A stretch of 64,000 nt of DNA. Origin: Candidatus Gottesmanbacteria bacterium (GTDB taxonomy: Bacteria; Patescibacteriota; Microgenomatia; UBA10105; UBA927). The stretch is from positions 388,740 through 452,739 of the forward strand of contig OY970230.1 of NCBI GenBank assembly GCA_963714095.1, written 5' to 3'. How positions within the stretch are numbered: position 1 is the stretch's first letter; each line of letters begins with the position of its first letter. The position numbers and the translations under genes were made by a program. The notes under the pieces are model-generated. The model was given only the letters and a program-made list of their open reading frames with translations. It had not been told where the DNA came from and did no database searches. Positions 62,502-64,000 of the stretch are shown here, piece by piece.

Positions 62502-63325
62502 ATATTTATATAGATATCCTGATTATATCCCCCGACGCCGACAAATTTTGCTTTTCCATTCACAATATTTTCCAAAGGCCTGCACACGCGGCATCCGTCT
62601 TTTTGCTTGCAGACGAAACGATCAAGTTTCCGGGCCAAGACAATCATTTTTGCAAGTTCCATCACGCGGCGGGTTGCATCTTCTCCGGTCGGAAGTGATA
62701 CGGCCGTAGGAACGTCATCGCGGTCGAGATACCAGTAGCTTGCGCCGGCGATTGCTTTTGTCTGACAATGCGCGGCAAGCAGTAAATAAATGGGCAATTG
62801 TAATGAGTCTTCATCCTCATCAAACTTGCCGGTTTTAAAATCTACAATGCGCACCGAATCGGAGTCCGGCACATACTCAAGCCAGTCAATTTTGCCGCAT
62901 AAAATAATGTTGTCATCCTCCGAAAGCCAGTAATACGGAAGTTCCTGACGGATTTTGATGGCCTTGGCGGCAAGCGGCCCGGGATTTATCATAACCCGTG
63001 CAATCATTTTTGCTCCGCGGTCTTTAAACTTCTTTTCCTCTTCCTTATCATGAAATCCACCGCGTTCTCCTTCCACCCTTTTCCATTTTTCCTCATATAG
63101 ATCTAAGAGTTTATCTAAATGACGATCCTCCACCGGCACAGTGGAGAGAGTTTCCAGTACTTCATGCACCACCTGCCCCAGTGCCAGCGGCGGCTCCATG
63201 AGCATCACTTTATGATTTGTTTTCGGGTCGCGGTAAATATTTTTTATAAAGTACGCACGCGGGCATTTGAGGTAATCCCCGATCGAACTATGTGACACCC
63301 ACACGGCCGAATATTTATCTTTCAT
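62498..63325 (-). CDS. PD-(D/E)XK nuclease family protein (AddB/Cas4-like)
   Basis: SHSSI..Y..CP, G..VH..LE, GKID, IVDFKTG, QL.IY, C-terminal Cys cluster. Confidence 0.88.
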   Translation of the reverse strand: MKDKYSAVWVSHSSIGDYLKCPRAYFIKNIYRDPKTNHKVMLMEPPLALGQVVHEVLETLSTVPVEDRHLDKLLDLYEEKWKRVEGERGGFHDKEEEKKFKDRGAKMIARVMINPGPLAAKAIKIRQELPYYWLSEDDNIILCGKIDWLEYVPDSDSVRIVDFKTGKFDEDEDSLQLPIYLLLAAHCQTKAIAGASYWYLDRDDVPTAVSLPTGEDATRRVMELAKMIVLARKLDRFVCKQKDGCRVCRPLENIVNGKAKFVGVGGYNQDIYINI

Positions 63326-63349
63326 AAACGTACCCAGTATAATACAACC

Positions 63350-64000
63350 ATGGTCCGAAAAGTTCCATCATACGAAATAAAAACGCCGGCAAACCCGTTT
63401 TGTACGTACGGATGGGTGGGTATTTGGCATAAAACGATTGGCAGAGATTGGGATCCATATATATTAAACGTCAATGATGAAGTGATCGCACCATTTGCTC
63501 GAAAAAATAATGAACTAATATTTGCCGGGGGGGGTGAGGTGGCGGACTATCTGGATATTATCGGCACTGATGAGGCGAAAATACGTGTGTGGCCGGAAAT
63601 AATTGAATATCTAAAAACTGATGGCGTTACCTCTGTTCACTTAAATAATATTCCGCAGAATTCTTCTACTCTTTCTTTTTTTAAATCGTATGAAAAAGAA
63701 GATACTACGCCGATGATGACTCTCCCCAACACATGGGATGAATATTTGAAAACTCTCAATAAAAAATCCCGCCACGAAATGGAACGGAAAATCCGTAAAT
63801 TTGAGCGGGAGCAAGAAAATATAAAGATCTATGACAGTGCCGATCCTGTCGCAGATACAGAATTATTTTTGAGGCTTATGAAACTCGACGAACGCAAAAA
63901 ACGTTTTTTAACACTTGATATGGAATCGTTTTTTGAAAAAATAATTGTGGCGTTTCAAAAAACTATTGTATTAACTATATTAACCATCTCCGGTAAACCC
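63350..64000 (+). CDS. GNAT N-acetyltransferase (CelD/BcsL-like), 3' truncated by window edge
   Basis: MVRKVPSYEIKTPANPFCTYGWVGIW...ADYLDII...LPNTWDEYLKTLNKKSRHEMERKIRKF; not in ORF track. Confidence 0.8.
   Translation, partial: MVRKVPSYEIKTPANPFCTYGWVGIWHKTIGRDWDPYILNVNDEVIAPFARKNNELIFAGGGEVADYLDIIGTDEAKIRVWPEIIEYLKTDGVTSVHLNNIPQNSSTLSFFKSYEKEDTTPMMTLPNTWDEYLKTLNKKSRHEMERKIRKFEREQENIKIYDSADPVADTELFLRLMKLDERKKRFLTLDMESFFEKIIVAFQKTIVLTILTISGKP

Noticed and set aside
615-62709. Numerous 60-224 aa ORFs antisense to or in alternative frames of recognised genes
   Set aside because: Shadow ORFs of well-conserved genes with no motifs. Only the one at 47474-48079 is discussed, for its regulatory context, and its length alone is not strong evidence because other alt-frame ORFs reach 150-166 aa.
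62498-63325. Cas4-like nuclease as sign of a CRISPR-Cas locus
   Set aside because: No repeat-spacer array or cas1/cas2 is visible in the window.
63527-63534. G8 tract in the GNAT gene as a phase-variation site
   Set aside because: In frame (Gly-Gly-Gly), short, and no evidence of length variation from a single sequence.
1-64000. Alternative genetic code (UGA=Gly, code 25) or introns/inteins in core genes
   Set aside because: Core genes are intact under code 11, several end at TGA with ATGA overlaps, and RecA, RpoB, RpoC and EF-G show no intein- or intron-like insertions.

Overview
Gene-dense core-genome window of a bacterium using genetic code 11. It is most likely a Patescibacteria/CPR member of the Microgenomates (inference from the absence of rpmD/L30, the N-terminally shortened L2, tiny intergenic spacers and CPR-type hypothetical proteins). 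1-28 kb holds housekeeping genes: greA, mutY, era, gltX, dacA-like, aspS, recJ, cca, secDF, miaA/miaB, an ABC transporter, hup, rny, recX and recA. It also holds RNase P RNA and tRNA-Pro(GGG). 28-60 kb is the rpoBC-str-S10-spc-alpha-rplM/rpsI superoperon on the minus strand, split between rpsG and fusA by a 4.1 kb accessory block. No CRISPR array, prophage or transposase was seen. The most interesting signals are cis-regulatory. (1) A short fusA (EF-G) leader combines a near-leaderless uORF, a terminator hairpin, a U8 slippery run and a -1-frame stop just upstream of the fusA start. (2) A complete leader-peptide attenuator sits in front of an orphan gene. (3) rplC and rpoB have terminator-containing leaders. 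(4) A 6S-like rod lies upstream of rny. (5) Leaderless promoter architecture is pervasive. At protein level, AspRS is fused to a YbaK/ProX editing domain and the RpoB rifampicin pocket is heavily substituted. Protein identities come from motif recognition only; no database search was run. Several start coordinates were moved downstream of those in the ORF track.
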